Below are positions 1-7,824 of a stretch of 32,000 nt of DNA, one piece after another. Every line of letters starts with the position of its first letter. Position 1 is the stretch's first letter. The notes under the pieces are model-generated. The model was not told the DNA's origin and did not search any database. It saw nothing but the letters and a program-made list of their open reading frames with translations. Location of the stretch: assembly GCF_018336915.1 (NCBI RefSeq), contig NZ_CP064923.1, positions 3,450,001 through 3,482,000 of the forward strand. Direction: 5' to 3'. The position numbers were made by a program, and so were the translations under genes. The DNA is from Acaryochloris marina S15. Its GTDB lineage: Bacteria > Cyanobacteriota > Cyanobacteriia > Thermosynechococcales > Thermosynechococcaceae.

Positions 1-1287
1 ACCTTACAAGTCGTGGAAGGACGGCTGGAAGGTATCGAAGTCTCAGGAAATAAGCATCTGAAGTCTAGCTATGTTAGCAAACGCCTAAACCTGGGGGCGG
101 GGCCGCCTCTGAATGTGAATGAGCTATTGGGGGCAATGCGATTGCTCCAGATCGATCCTCTGATTGGGAACCTCTCTGCTGAACTGACGGCAGGCTCTGG
201 CCCTGGTTTGAGTATTCTGCAGGTAAAAGTTGAAGAGGCTCCTTCCTTTGATGTGCAGTTCGTCTTAGACAACCAGCGTTCTGGCAGTATTGGTAGTTTT
301 CAACGGCAAGTTGTGGTCAGTGAAGCCAACCTCTTCGGATTTGGAGATGGGGTGCGGTTGGGGTATGCCAATACCGATGGTAGTAATGAATTGGACTTTA
401 GCTATACCTTTCCCATCAATGCTCGCAATGGCACGATCAGCGCTAGCTTTAGCCAGGTTTGGAGTCGGGTTGTAGAAGAACCCTTCGATCAGTTGGATAT
501 TGAAGGGGTTTCACGAGACCTGAGCTTGACCTATCGTCAGCCCGTTATTCAAACGCCCCAGAAGGAGCTGGCCTTAGGGATTACTTTAGGTCGCCAAGAA
601 AGTGATACTTCGTTACTAGGATTCCCCTTTCCTCTTTCTCCTGGAGCTGATGCTGAAGGGCGTACTGAAATTTCCCAACTCCGGTTATTCCAGGAGTGGA
701 CCCAGCGGGGAAATGATTCGGTGTTAGCATTGAGATCAGAATTTGGTATTGGCCTAGATGCCTTTGCCACGATTAATCCAAATCCAACGGCACTGGGTGA
801 ACCTGAAGTTCCTGATGGTCTGTTTTTCCTCTGGCGTGGACAAGCTCAGTGGGTTAAGCAGTTTGCCCCCGGCAACCTCTTACTACTGCGTTCAACTGCT
901 CAATTTGCAGACCGCTCCTTAGTCCCTCTGCAGCAGTACGGTTTAGGGGGACTCAATAGTGTTCGAGGGTATCCTCAAAATCTCTTGCTGGTTGATAACG
1001 GCTTATTTGGTTCCGCAGAGTATCGTTTACCTCTGGCTCGGTTTGGCGATAACCAAGAAGGACTATTACAGCTGGCCCCCTTCTTCGATCTCGGCCATGG
1101 ATGGGGTAACACAGATGGATCGAGAACAGAGACTTTAGCTGCTGTGGGTTTGGGGCTTAGATGGCAGTGGTCCGACCTGATGTCTGCTCGGTTAGATTGG
1201 GGAATTCCAATTATCTCCATTGGGCCAGAAACAAGTGGTTTTGATGATAGTCAGCTCTTTTTCTCAATTGTGGTCAGTCCGTTTTAA
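1..1287 (+). CDS. ShlB/FhaC/HecB-family two-partner-secretion outer-membrane transporter (TpsB), 5'-truncated by the window edge
   Basis: Frame 1 is open from base 1 (TLQVVEGRLEGIEVSGNKHL...), so the GTG at 13 in the ORF track is not the true start. A POTRA-like segment (LEGIEVSGN..., LNVNELLGAMRLLQIDPLI) is followed by a long Gly/aromatic-rich beta-strand region. The C-terminus ...FFSIVVSPF ends in Phe, as is typical of outer-membrane beta-barrels. Confidence 0.8.
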   Translation, partial: TLQVVEGRLEGIEVSGNKHLKSSYVSKRLNLGAGPPLNVNELLGAMRLLQIDPLIGNLSAELTAGSGPGLSILQVKVEEAPSFDVQFVLDNQRSGSIGSFQRQVVVSEANLFGFGDGVRLGYANTDGSNELDFSYTFPINARNGTISASFSQVWSRVVEEPFDQLDIEGVSRDLSLTYRQPVIQTPQKELALGITLGRQESDTSLLGFPFPLSPGADAEGRTEISQLRLFQEWTQRGNDSVLALRSEFGIGLDAFATINPNPTALGEPEVPDGLFFLWRGQAQWVKQFAPGNLLLLRSTAQFADRSLVPLQQYGLGGLNSVRGYPQNLLLVDNGLFGSAEYRLPLARFGDNQEGLLQLAPFFDLGHGWGNTDGSRTETLAAVGLGLRWQWSDLMSARLDWGIPIISIGPETSGFDDSQLFFSIVVSPF

Positions 1288-1375
1288 GTCTTACCCTTCT
1301 GAGCTGTTCTATCTTGCTCTGCACAATAGGCAGAACAGATGGGCAAATTGGGAGTACAAGACACCGCAAGGAAAA

Positions 1376-2110
1376 ATGACGATGCAACTGCCTGCCAATT
1401 GGCAACTCCCCGATGAGATTAAGCGCCGTTTTGGCCAGAAGGGGGCTGGTAAACAGCGTGCGATGCTAGCCAATGGCCATCTGTTGCTGGTTCTCCATAA
1501 ACTCCCCCAACCAGGCAGTCGACAGCGACAAGGGATCTTTTTTTGGCGCCATCCCCAAGGAACCTGGAAATGCAGCGAAGGGGGAGAAGGCTTACCCCGG
1601 CTCAGAAAACATCTCAAAGGCTATAGCAAAGCAGAACAGCAATTGAGTCAAGAATATAGCCAAGCTGCCTTGGCTGAAGACTATTTCCAAATCCTAGAAA
1701 ACTTGGCTCCTATCTGTCGTGCTGCCAAAAATATGATGGATACGCTGCAGGCTGCTCGGGAGGGGGTACCCGAGGATAGAGACATTATTGATCTACGGGA
1801 TTGGGCTAGTGATTTAGATCGGACCTTGGATTTGCTCTATACCGATGTTAAAAATGCTTTGGAGTTTGATTTAGCAAAACGAGCGGAGGAACAAAGTCGT
1901 CTTAGTTTGGAGTCGGTCCGTATGGCTCAGCGCCTGAATCTGTTAGCTGCCATATTTTTACCCCTCACAGCACTGTGTAGTTTGTTTGGGATGAACTTGC
2001 TCAATGGCTTAGAGCATTCGCCTGTAGCCTTTTGGATGATTTTAGGCTTAGGTATTGTCTTGGGGATATTGACCCAACGATGGATTCTGAAGCCCTCTGC
2101 TAAAGCTTAG
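1376..2110 (+). CDS. Short CorA-like divalent metal-ion transporter family protein (GMN motif)
   Basis: The C-terminus has two TM helices with the CorA signature LAAIFLPLTALCSLFGMNLL, then VAFWMILGLGIVLGILT. The start is placed at the ATG at 1376 (MTMQLPANW...), preceded by caaggaaaa. The ORF-track start at 1220 would overlap the TpsB gene. Confidence 0.65.
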   Translation: MTMQLPANWQLPDEIKRRFGQKGAGKQRAMLANGHLLLVLHKLPQPGSRQRQGIFFWRHPQGTWKCSEGGEGLPRLRKHLKGYSKAEQQLSQEYSQAALAEDYFQILENLAPICRAAKNMMDTLQAAREGVPEDRDIIDLRDWASDLDRTLDLLYTDVKNALEFDLAKRAEEQSRLSLESVRMAQRLNLLAAIFLPLTALCSLFGMNLLNGLEHSPVAFWMILGLGIVLGILTQRWILKPSAKA

Positions 2111-2263
2111 CCCCTTCCATTTTTGCGATCTGGGATTATTGCTTGAGGACGAGAGCCTCATTCTTTTCTTAGGAAAAGTCCATGTCGATTTAAGATAAGC
2201 GTCCAATTCAGAGTGGTAGAGTTGGTGCGAAAGAAGGAAGCTTGACTCTGAGAACAATGTGAA

Positions 2264-2995
2264 ATGGTTAATCCTGGGATATTTCTAGCCATCGGCTTAG
2301 CGGTTGTTCATGCCTTTTTCTCCAAACTCACAATTCCCGCTTTTATTCCTCACCATAAGTGGCTCTCATTTGCAGGTGGGGTGTCTATTGGGTTTGTTTT
2401 TTTAGAAATTTTCCCTGAGTTGAGCCATGCGCAAGAGGAGATAGAACATGCACAGTTGCCATTATTGATCTACTTGGAGAATCATGTTTATCTTTTAGCT
2501 CTACTGGGACTAGTCGTCTTTTATGGATTAGACAGCTTAGTCTTACAATCTCGGAAAGCCAATCAGGATCAGAAAAATACTGATAATGCTAGCACCATCA
2601 TTTTTTGGATTCACATTAGTGCGTTTGCTCTCCTTAATGTGATTTTGGGATATTTGCTGCAAGATTTAGGTGCTCATAGTCTTTATACTTGCATCCTCTT
2701 TTTTGCCGCGCTGGCCTTGCACTTTTTCATCATTGATCATCATTTATATGAGCATCACAAAACGCCCTATAACCAACGGGGAAGGTGGTTATTAGTAGCC
2801 GCGATTATTCTAGGCATGATTTTAGGTCAAGCCGCGATGCTGGATAAGGCAGGAGTTTTGGTGATTTGGTCTTTTCTGGCGGGCAGCATTATTCTCAATG
2901 TGCTTAAACGCGAACTTCCTGATGAGCAGGAGAGCTGTTTTATGTCTTTTATTGTCGGGGCTGCTCTGTTTACCGGACTACTGCTGGCAAAATAG
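2264..2995 (+). CDS. Polytopic His-rich membrane protein, possibly a ZIP-like metal cation transporter
   Basis: The 243-aa product has about 7-8 hydrophobic helices. It carries His/acid-rich motifs ([39 protein letters not shown]) that resemble ZIP metal-binding helices. It lies between a CorA-like gene and a Cu-ATPase. The functional call is weak. Confidence 0.5.
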   Translation: MVNPGIFLAIGLAVVHAFFSKLTIPAFIPHHKWLSFAGGVSIGFVFLEIFPELSHAQEEIEHAQLPLLIYLENHVYLLALLGLVVFYGLDSLVLQSRKANQDQKNTDNASTIIFWIHISAFALLNVILGYLLQDLGAHSLYTCILFFAALALHFFIIDHHLYEHHKTPYNQRGRWLLVAAIILGMILGQAAMLDKAGVLVIWSFLAGSIILNVLKRELPDEQESCFMSFIVGAALFTGLLLAK

Positions 2996-5243
2996 GTCCC
3001 GGCTGAAATTTCCGTAAACGAAGGGCATTAGTAACGACGGAGACGGAACTACAAGCCATTGCTGCCCCTGCAATCATGGGATTGAGGAGCAACCCCCAAA
3101 AGGGATAGAGAATTCCGGCAGCGACTGGAATACCAATAATGTTGTAAATAAAGGCAAAAAAGAGATTCTGGCGAATGTTCCTCATGGTGGCGCGGCTGAG
3201 TTTAATGGCCGTGACGATGCTCTGTAGATCACCTGAAATCAAAGTGATGTCACTGGCGGCAATGGCAACGTCAGTTCCTGTGCCAATAGCTATACCTACA
3301 TCGGCTTGAGCTAAGGCGGGGGCATCGTTAATGCCATCTCCCACCATGGCGACGATGTGCCCACCCGTTTGGAGTTGCTGGATGGTTGCAGCTTTTTGGT
3401 CAGGACGGACTTCTGCCTGGACCTGTTCGATGTGGGCTTGAGCTGCGATCGCATTCGCAGTACGCCAATTATCCCCCGTCAGCATCATCACCTCTAAGCC
3501 CATCTGCTTAAGGGTTTTAACTACTTCAACTGATGTGGGCTTCAAGGCATCGGTAATCCCCATCACGGCTTCAAGCTGGTGATCAATCGCTAGCCAAATT
3601 ACAGTTTTGCTCTGCGATTCCCACTGGTGAGCATAGGTTTGCAGCGCGGCAGTTTCGATTCCCAGTGTTTTTAACCAGCGCTGGGTGCCGATATAAACCC
3701 AGTGGTCCTTGACTTGGGCTTGGACGCCTTGACCTGGGATCGCAGCAAAGTTTTGCGTATCACTTAGCAATACGTCCACATCCTGGGATTGGGCGTATCG
3801 CACTACGGCTTCAGCGAGAGGATGCTCGGAGTGGCTTTCGACGATGCCTGCTAGCTGCAACAGCTGTAGTTCATTGCCGCTATCCGTTCCCTTGGTAGTG
3901 ACAAAGTCCGTTACGGTGGGTTTTCCCTCCGTCAACGTGCCAGTTTTATCGAGGACGATAGTTTGAATCTTATGGGCCAGCTCCAGACTGTCAGCCCCTT
4001 TAATTAAAATGCCATGTTCTGCCCCTTTGCCCGTGCCGACCATGACGGAAGTGGGAGTGGCTAATCCTAGGGCACAGGGACACGCAATAATGAGAACGCC
4101 GACGGCTGTGATTAAGGCCAAGGAGAGGGTTTGAGTGGTGAGTAGCCAGACGATAAAGGTAATTCCGGCAATGGTGATAACGGCAGGGACAAACCAGCTC
4201 GTGATCTGATCGGCCAAGCGTTGAATCGGCGCTTTCGAGCCTTGGGCTTCCTGCACTAGTTTGACGATTTGAGCCAAGACAGTGTCTCTGCCCACATGAG
4301 TAGCTCGAAATTGGAAACTGCCCGTTTTATTGAGCGTCGCGCCCACCACTAAATCGCCGGGTTGCTTGTGAACGGGCTGACTTTCTCCTGTCACCATCGC
4401 TTCATCAACAGTGGATTTCCCCTCAATCACTTGACCATCAACGGGGATTTTTTCTCCAGGACGAACTAGGACGGTATCGCCGGGTTGCACAGTTGCGATC
4501 GCAATCTCCACGACCTGCCCATCCCGAATCACGCGAGCCGTTTTAGCCTGCAAACCCATCAACTGCCGAATCGCTGTAGAAGTTTGGCCTTTGGCCCGTT
4601 CTTCAAACCATCGTCCCAACAGAATAAGGGTAATCACCACAGCAGAGGTTTCATAGTAAACCCCAAAGCCCTGGTCGGAGCCCGCTGGGATAAAAGTCAC
4701 TGCCAGAGAATAGAAAAAAGCAGCACTGGTGCCCAAGGCAATCAGGGTATCCATCGTGGCAGTTCGCTGCTTTAGCGCCTTGAGGGCTCCGCCATAGAAG
4801 GAATAGCCACACCAAAACTGAACTGGCACGGTCAGAATAAGCTGCAAGATGGGGTGGTGTGCCCAGGCTGGAATCCATGCCATGGGGACACCTGTCATCA
4901 TGGGCAGTGACCCCACCATTAGCAAAATGCTGATCATGCCGCCGATCCATACTTTGAGCCGCAGCTGTTGGGATGCTTCAGGGGAGGGACTCTGAGAAAG
5001 ATCATCTGATAGCCTGTACCAATCCTGATCATCTAGAATCTCGGCTCTAAATCCAGCTGCATCGATGGATGCAGCTACGGATCTAGGGCAGGTTTGATCG
5101 GGGTTGTAGTGGACTGTAGCTTGCTCAGCCCCAAAGTTGACGCTACAGTTTTCGACACCTGGTAAATTCTTAAGGACTTTTTCAATACTGTTGGCACAAG
5201 CTGCACAGCTCATCCCGTCCAGTTTTAGTGTCACAGTTGGCAT
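2970..5243 (-). CDS. Copper-translocating P1B-type ATPase (CtaA/PacS/CopA class)
   Basis: It has an N-terminal HMA domain with GMSCAACA and the TM6 motif CPC ([15 protein letters not shown]). It also has [16 protein letters not shown] and [11 protein letters not shown]. The start is set at the ATG at 5243 ([16 protein letters not shown]), which has a strong upstream aaggag. The ORF-track start at 5336 is probably too long. Confidence 0.93.
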   Translation of the reverse strand: MPTVTLKLDGMSCAACANSIEKVLKNLPGVENCSVNFGAEQATVHYNPDQTCPRSVAASIDAAGFRAEILDDQDWYRLSDDLSQSPSPEASQQLRLKVWIGGMISILLMVGSLPMMTGVPMAWIPAWAHHPILQLILTVPVQFWCGYSFYGGALKALKQRTATMDTLIALGTSAAFFYSLAVTFIPAGSDQGFGVYYETSAVVITLILLGRWFEERAKGQTSTAIRQLMGLQAKTARVIRDGQVVEIAIATVQPGDTVLVRPGEKIPVDGQVIEGKSTVDEAMVTGESQPVHKQPGDLVVGATLNKTGSFQFRATHVGRDTVLAQIVKLVQEAQGSKAPIQRLADQITSWFVPAVITIAGITFIVWLLTTQTLSLALITAVGVLIIACPCALGLATPTSVMVGTGKGAEHGILIKGADSLELAHKIQTIVLDKTGTLTEGKPTVTDFVTTKGTDSGNELQLLQLAGIVESHSEHPLAEAVVRYAQSQDVDVLLSDTQNFAAIPGQGVQAQVKDHWVYIGTQRWLKTLGIETAALQTYAHQWESQSKTVIWLAIDHQLEAVMGITDALKPTSVEVVKTLKQMGLEVMMLTGDNWRTANAIAAQAHIEQVQAEVRPDQKAATIQQLQTGGHIVAMVGDGINDAPALAQADVGIAIGTGTDVAIAASDITLISGDLQSIVTAIKLSRATMRNIRQNLFFAFIYNIIGIPVAAGILYPFWGLLLNPMIAGAAMACSSVSVVTNALRLRKFQPGPILPAVVR

Positions 5244-5615
5244 CACGTCACACTCCTTGCCAGACTGGGATTCAAAGTTAGTTACTGCGCAGAAGATTAG
5301 CACTAGTCTATGGGATTTCAACTCTAGCTCATGCAATCACAGAATCAAACTCTGCTAGAGATATCCTGAAGCTATCACTGAACAGTTCCGAATACCTGTT
5401 TATCATCCACTCAACTGTTAAGGCTTTTGGAAGAAATTTAAAACTCTGAAGGGTATAGGGTAAAGCTCACCGACTTAAAGAGGGAACTTTTTTTCCTGAT
5501 CACAGGCACTTTCCTGGTGTTTCAGGATTCTAGACCACTTTCATAAGATTCAAATTAGTTCAATCTAAATTGATGTCGATCCTCTGTTTTGGCTACTCAG
5601 AGCTGGCCATGTTCT

Positions 5616-7562
5616 TCAATCTTTTGTTTTACCCGGTACTTTATATGCTCCTTGAACGGTGAATTTATCAGGGTTACCAATTAGATAGTTTTCCAAAGCT
5701 ACTGGAGAGGTAGCGATCGCATCCGTCTTAATTAACGTCTCTTCTCCCACACTTTGAAAACACGTCGTTACGAATTCAGAGCACATCATAGCTTTTCTAT
5801 TGCCCACGGTTGCAATAACTTCTTGCCTAATGTTTGCCAGCAAAGTTTTTTTGACTCTTTCTAAAGTCAGCTTTGTTACCGTGGCTGCATCTGAAACTGA
5901 ATCTAATGATTCGGTTGCATAGTCCTGCGGCAAGTTCACGCCTTCATCCGTTGCTAAGTTTGCAATATCCTTAATTTGAATTCCTTTTATTCCGCACGCC
6001 TCAAAGGCATGAATATTGCGACACATCCATTCATAGTCTTTTGCATTCAGTGCATCCACTAACTCACCCTGATTGAGCGCTGTTTTCTGCTTTTCTGTTA
6101 GCCTTTTTCCGTATTTTTTAGCCCGCTTTCCATATTGACTACTCCTTGGTCCTGGCACTGCACAATGCGCTTTTGAATATCCCAAATCAGCTAGTGTAAT
6201 CCAGCGAGCGATGCCGACCGCAGCCTTGGCTTGCGTTTCATCGTTTGGTCGGTATATCACAAACACCGTATCGTAGTGACCACCATCTTTTTTCTTAGCA
6301 TGAGTAGAAATATCAGCTAAACCAACTCTTTGGACTTTCTCTCCTCCAGTCGCTTCAGCAAATGTACTATTACCGATATATAGAGCTGCATGGCCACTCC
6401 ATTTAGATCCCATCCCCCCTTTTAAGAACTTCTGTCCCATGACTGGTGTAGTTGAGTGTTCTAGATCTTTGCGAATAGCGACATCACCTGGTTGTAGGCT
6501 ACCCGTATCGAGTTCAGTTAATGTGCCTACCCAAGCTTTCTCGATTTTGTTGCTTACAGATGTTCTTTCCCCCTTCCGAGGAGGCGCCGCTTCCAGCATG
6601 TTCTTAAATTGTTTTAAGGTGATTGGATCTTTTACCTTAACCTTAGATTTATTAGAGTCTTGCTCTAATCTCTTGAATTCCTGAATTGCGCTCCCACGGG
6701 CCGATTTCTTATTTATCTCCACTTCACCTGTAATCTGGGTGTTACCTAACGTACGTTGGTATTGCTGAACCAAATCTATTGCGTCTTTGCGCTCTAAGGC
6801 TCTCTGGACAATCTCTTTCCCCGAACTTGTGATGGATGGATGCCTTTGGACCGTTGAGTTCTGCTGGATAACATGGGTCAATTCATGGGCAATCAACTCT
6901 TGGCCCACTTGAGATTTGGGTTGATATGCGCCCTTCTGAAAAAATACATCCTGACCCGTTGTAAAAGCCCTTGCTTGAATGGATTGATTTAACTGATCTG
7001 ACTGGGAATCCGTATGAACACGGACCCCACTAAAATCTGCCCCCATTGCTTGGCCCATGGATCGCTGTAATCCTTCCTCCAAGGGTTGTCCACTGCCCCT
7101 TTTGCTATTGATAGCAGACTCTAAATCTGGTGATACGCCTCTACTTGCCATAGCTTGCCGACGTTGAATTAAAGCACCAAGCTTTTCTGACTCATGTCCA
7201 TGCTGGACGGGCTTTCCTTGAGTCGGATGTGTAAAAGTAGAAGAATTGATGTGCTGAACCACTTGAGAAGCGGTGCGATCGGCTTCTTGTTCATACTTAT
7301 CTCCTGGCTGTCCAAGGGTTAACTTTCGCTGCAGCCCAGGTTGCACCAACTCGCCATTGAGATTGGGAACCTTGTCCATCCAGGGGGTTCCTAGCCGCGC
7401 CCATTTCTCCTGTTGCGCTTTCCATTCAGCTAAACCTTCTTCATTCGATTTAGCATGGATGGTGGGAGGTAATGGTGCTGTTAATTGAGTTTTTACAGGT
7501 GATTTTGCCTGAGGTATAGGTTTAGATTGAGGCTTTTTCACATAAGAAGCATAAGTACGCAC
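5616..7562 (-). CDS. DUF4157 (HExxH) domain protein with a C-terminal permuted papain-like (YaeF/YiiX, NlpC/P60-superfamily) domain; putative polymorphic toxin/effector
   Basis: DUF4157 signature strings are present: GDKYEQEADRTASQVV and PLEEGLQRSMGQAMGADFSGVRVHTDSQSDQLNQSIQARAFTTGQDVFFQKGAYQP...LIAHELTHVIQQ. The HELTH codons lie at 6873-6887. The C-terminal half has GDVAIRK...SGHAALYIG...FAEATG...VFVIYRP...MMCSEFV, with His391 before Cys594, which is the permuted order. Confidence 0.8.
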   Translation of the reverse strand: MRTYASYVKKPQSKPIPQAKSPVKTQLTAPLPPTIHAKSNEEGLAEWKAQQEKWARLGTPWMDKVPNLNGELVQPGLQRKLTLGQPGDKYEQEADRTASQVVQHINSSTFTHPTQGKPVQHGHESEKLGALIQRRQAMASRGVSPDLESAINSKRGSGQPLEEGLQRSMGQAMGADFSGVRVHTDSQSDQLNQSIQARAFTTGQDVFFQKGAYQPKSQVGQELIAHELTHVIQQNSTVQRHPSITSSGKEIVQRALERKDAIDLVQQYQRTLGNTQITGEVEINKKSARGSAIQEFKRLEQDSNKSKVKVKDPITLKQFKNMLEAAPPRKGERTSVSNKIEKAWVGTLTELDTGSLQPGDVAIRKDLEHSTTPVMGQKFLKGGMGSKWSGHAALYIGNSTFAEATGGEKVQRVGLADISTHAKKKDGGHYDTVFVIYRPNDETQAKAAVGIARWITLADLGYSKAHCAVPGPRSSQYGKRAKKYGKRLTEKQKTALNQGELVDALNAKDYEWMCRNIHAFEACGIKGIQIKDIANLATDEGVNLPQDYATESLDSVSDAATVTKLTLERVKKTLLANIRQEVIATVGNRKAMMCSEFVTTCFQSVGEETLIKTDAIATSPVALENYLIGNPDKFTVQGAYKVPGKTKD

Positions 7563-7824
7563 TATCCACTTTCCCCCATAAGAGTTTCAATCTACTTGCA
7601 ACCCATGCTAATCCCTAAAAAATAACTACGGTGGTAGATATCTAACGGACTGAAAAGTAATACAAATACTATTCAGTCTGCCTAGGAAAAATAGATATCG
7701 TGCGACGCAGCTCAATGGCAGAATAATGTCAGATATTTCTATGCCCTGAAAGTTTTTTTATCAAAGTATTCCAAGGGATTTATGGGCTGCAATACGTGCC
7801 TAAATCGAGTAACTCTGAAGTTCC

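Noticed and set aside
1220-1375. Upstream extension of the CorA-like ORF. The ORF track starts it at 1220, overlapping the TpsB 3' end by 68 nt.
   Set aside because: The extension (MGQKQVVLMIVSSFSQLWSVRF...) is read-through of the TpsB tail in another frame and has no protein-like features. An ATG at 1376 with an adjacent purine-rich stretch gives a sensible N-terminus.
5244-5336. A 31-codon N-terminal extension of the Cu-ATPase ORF ([31 protein letters not shown]).
   Set aside because: The ATG at 5243 is preceded by a strong aaggag and starts directly at the HMA domain ([16 protein letters not shown]), as is typical for this family.
5329-5406. A 25-codon minus-strand ORF downstream of the effector gene, considered as a candidate immunity gene.
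   Set aside because: It is very short, has no RBS, has no hydrophobic or otherwise recognisable character, and runs into the Cu-ATPase upstream region. It is noted only as the longest available ORF.
5616-7562. Assigning the DUF4157 protein to an extracellular contractile injection system (eCIS) or T6SS locus.
   Set aside because: No sheath, tube, baseplate, spike or AAA+ genes occur anywhere in the 32 kb. The association remains a hypothesis to test genome-wide, not a feature of this window.
7635-7699. Two copies of TAGATATC, 57 nt apart, that bracket a 7-bp inverted repeat (gactgaa...ttcagtc, 7648-7678) upstream of the DUF4157 gene. This could be an operator or terminator.
   Set aside because: By rough estimate, an 8-mer recurring once within a 260-nt AT-rich region is about what chance predicts. 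The 7-bp stem has a 17-nt loop and no U-tract. The evidence is too weak to call.
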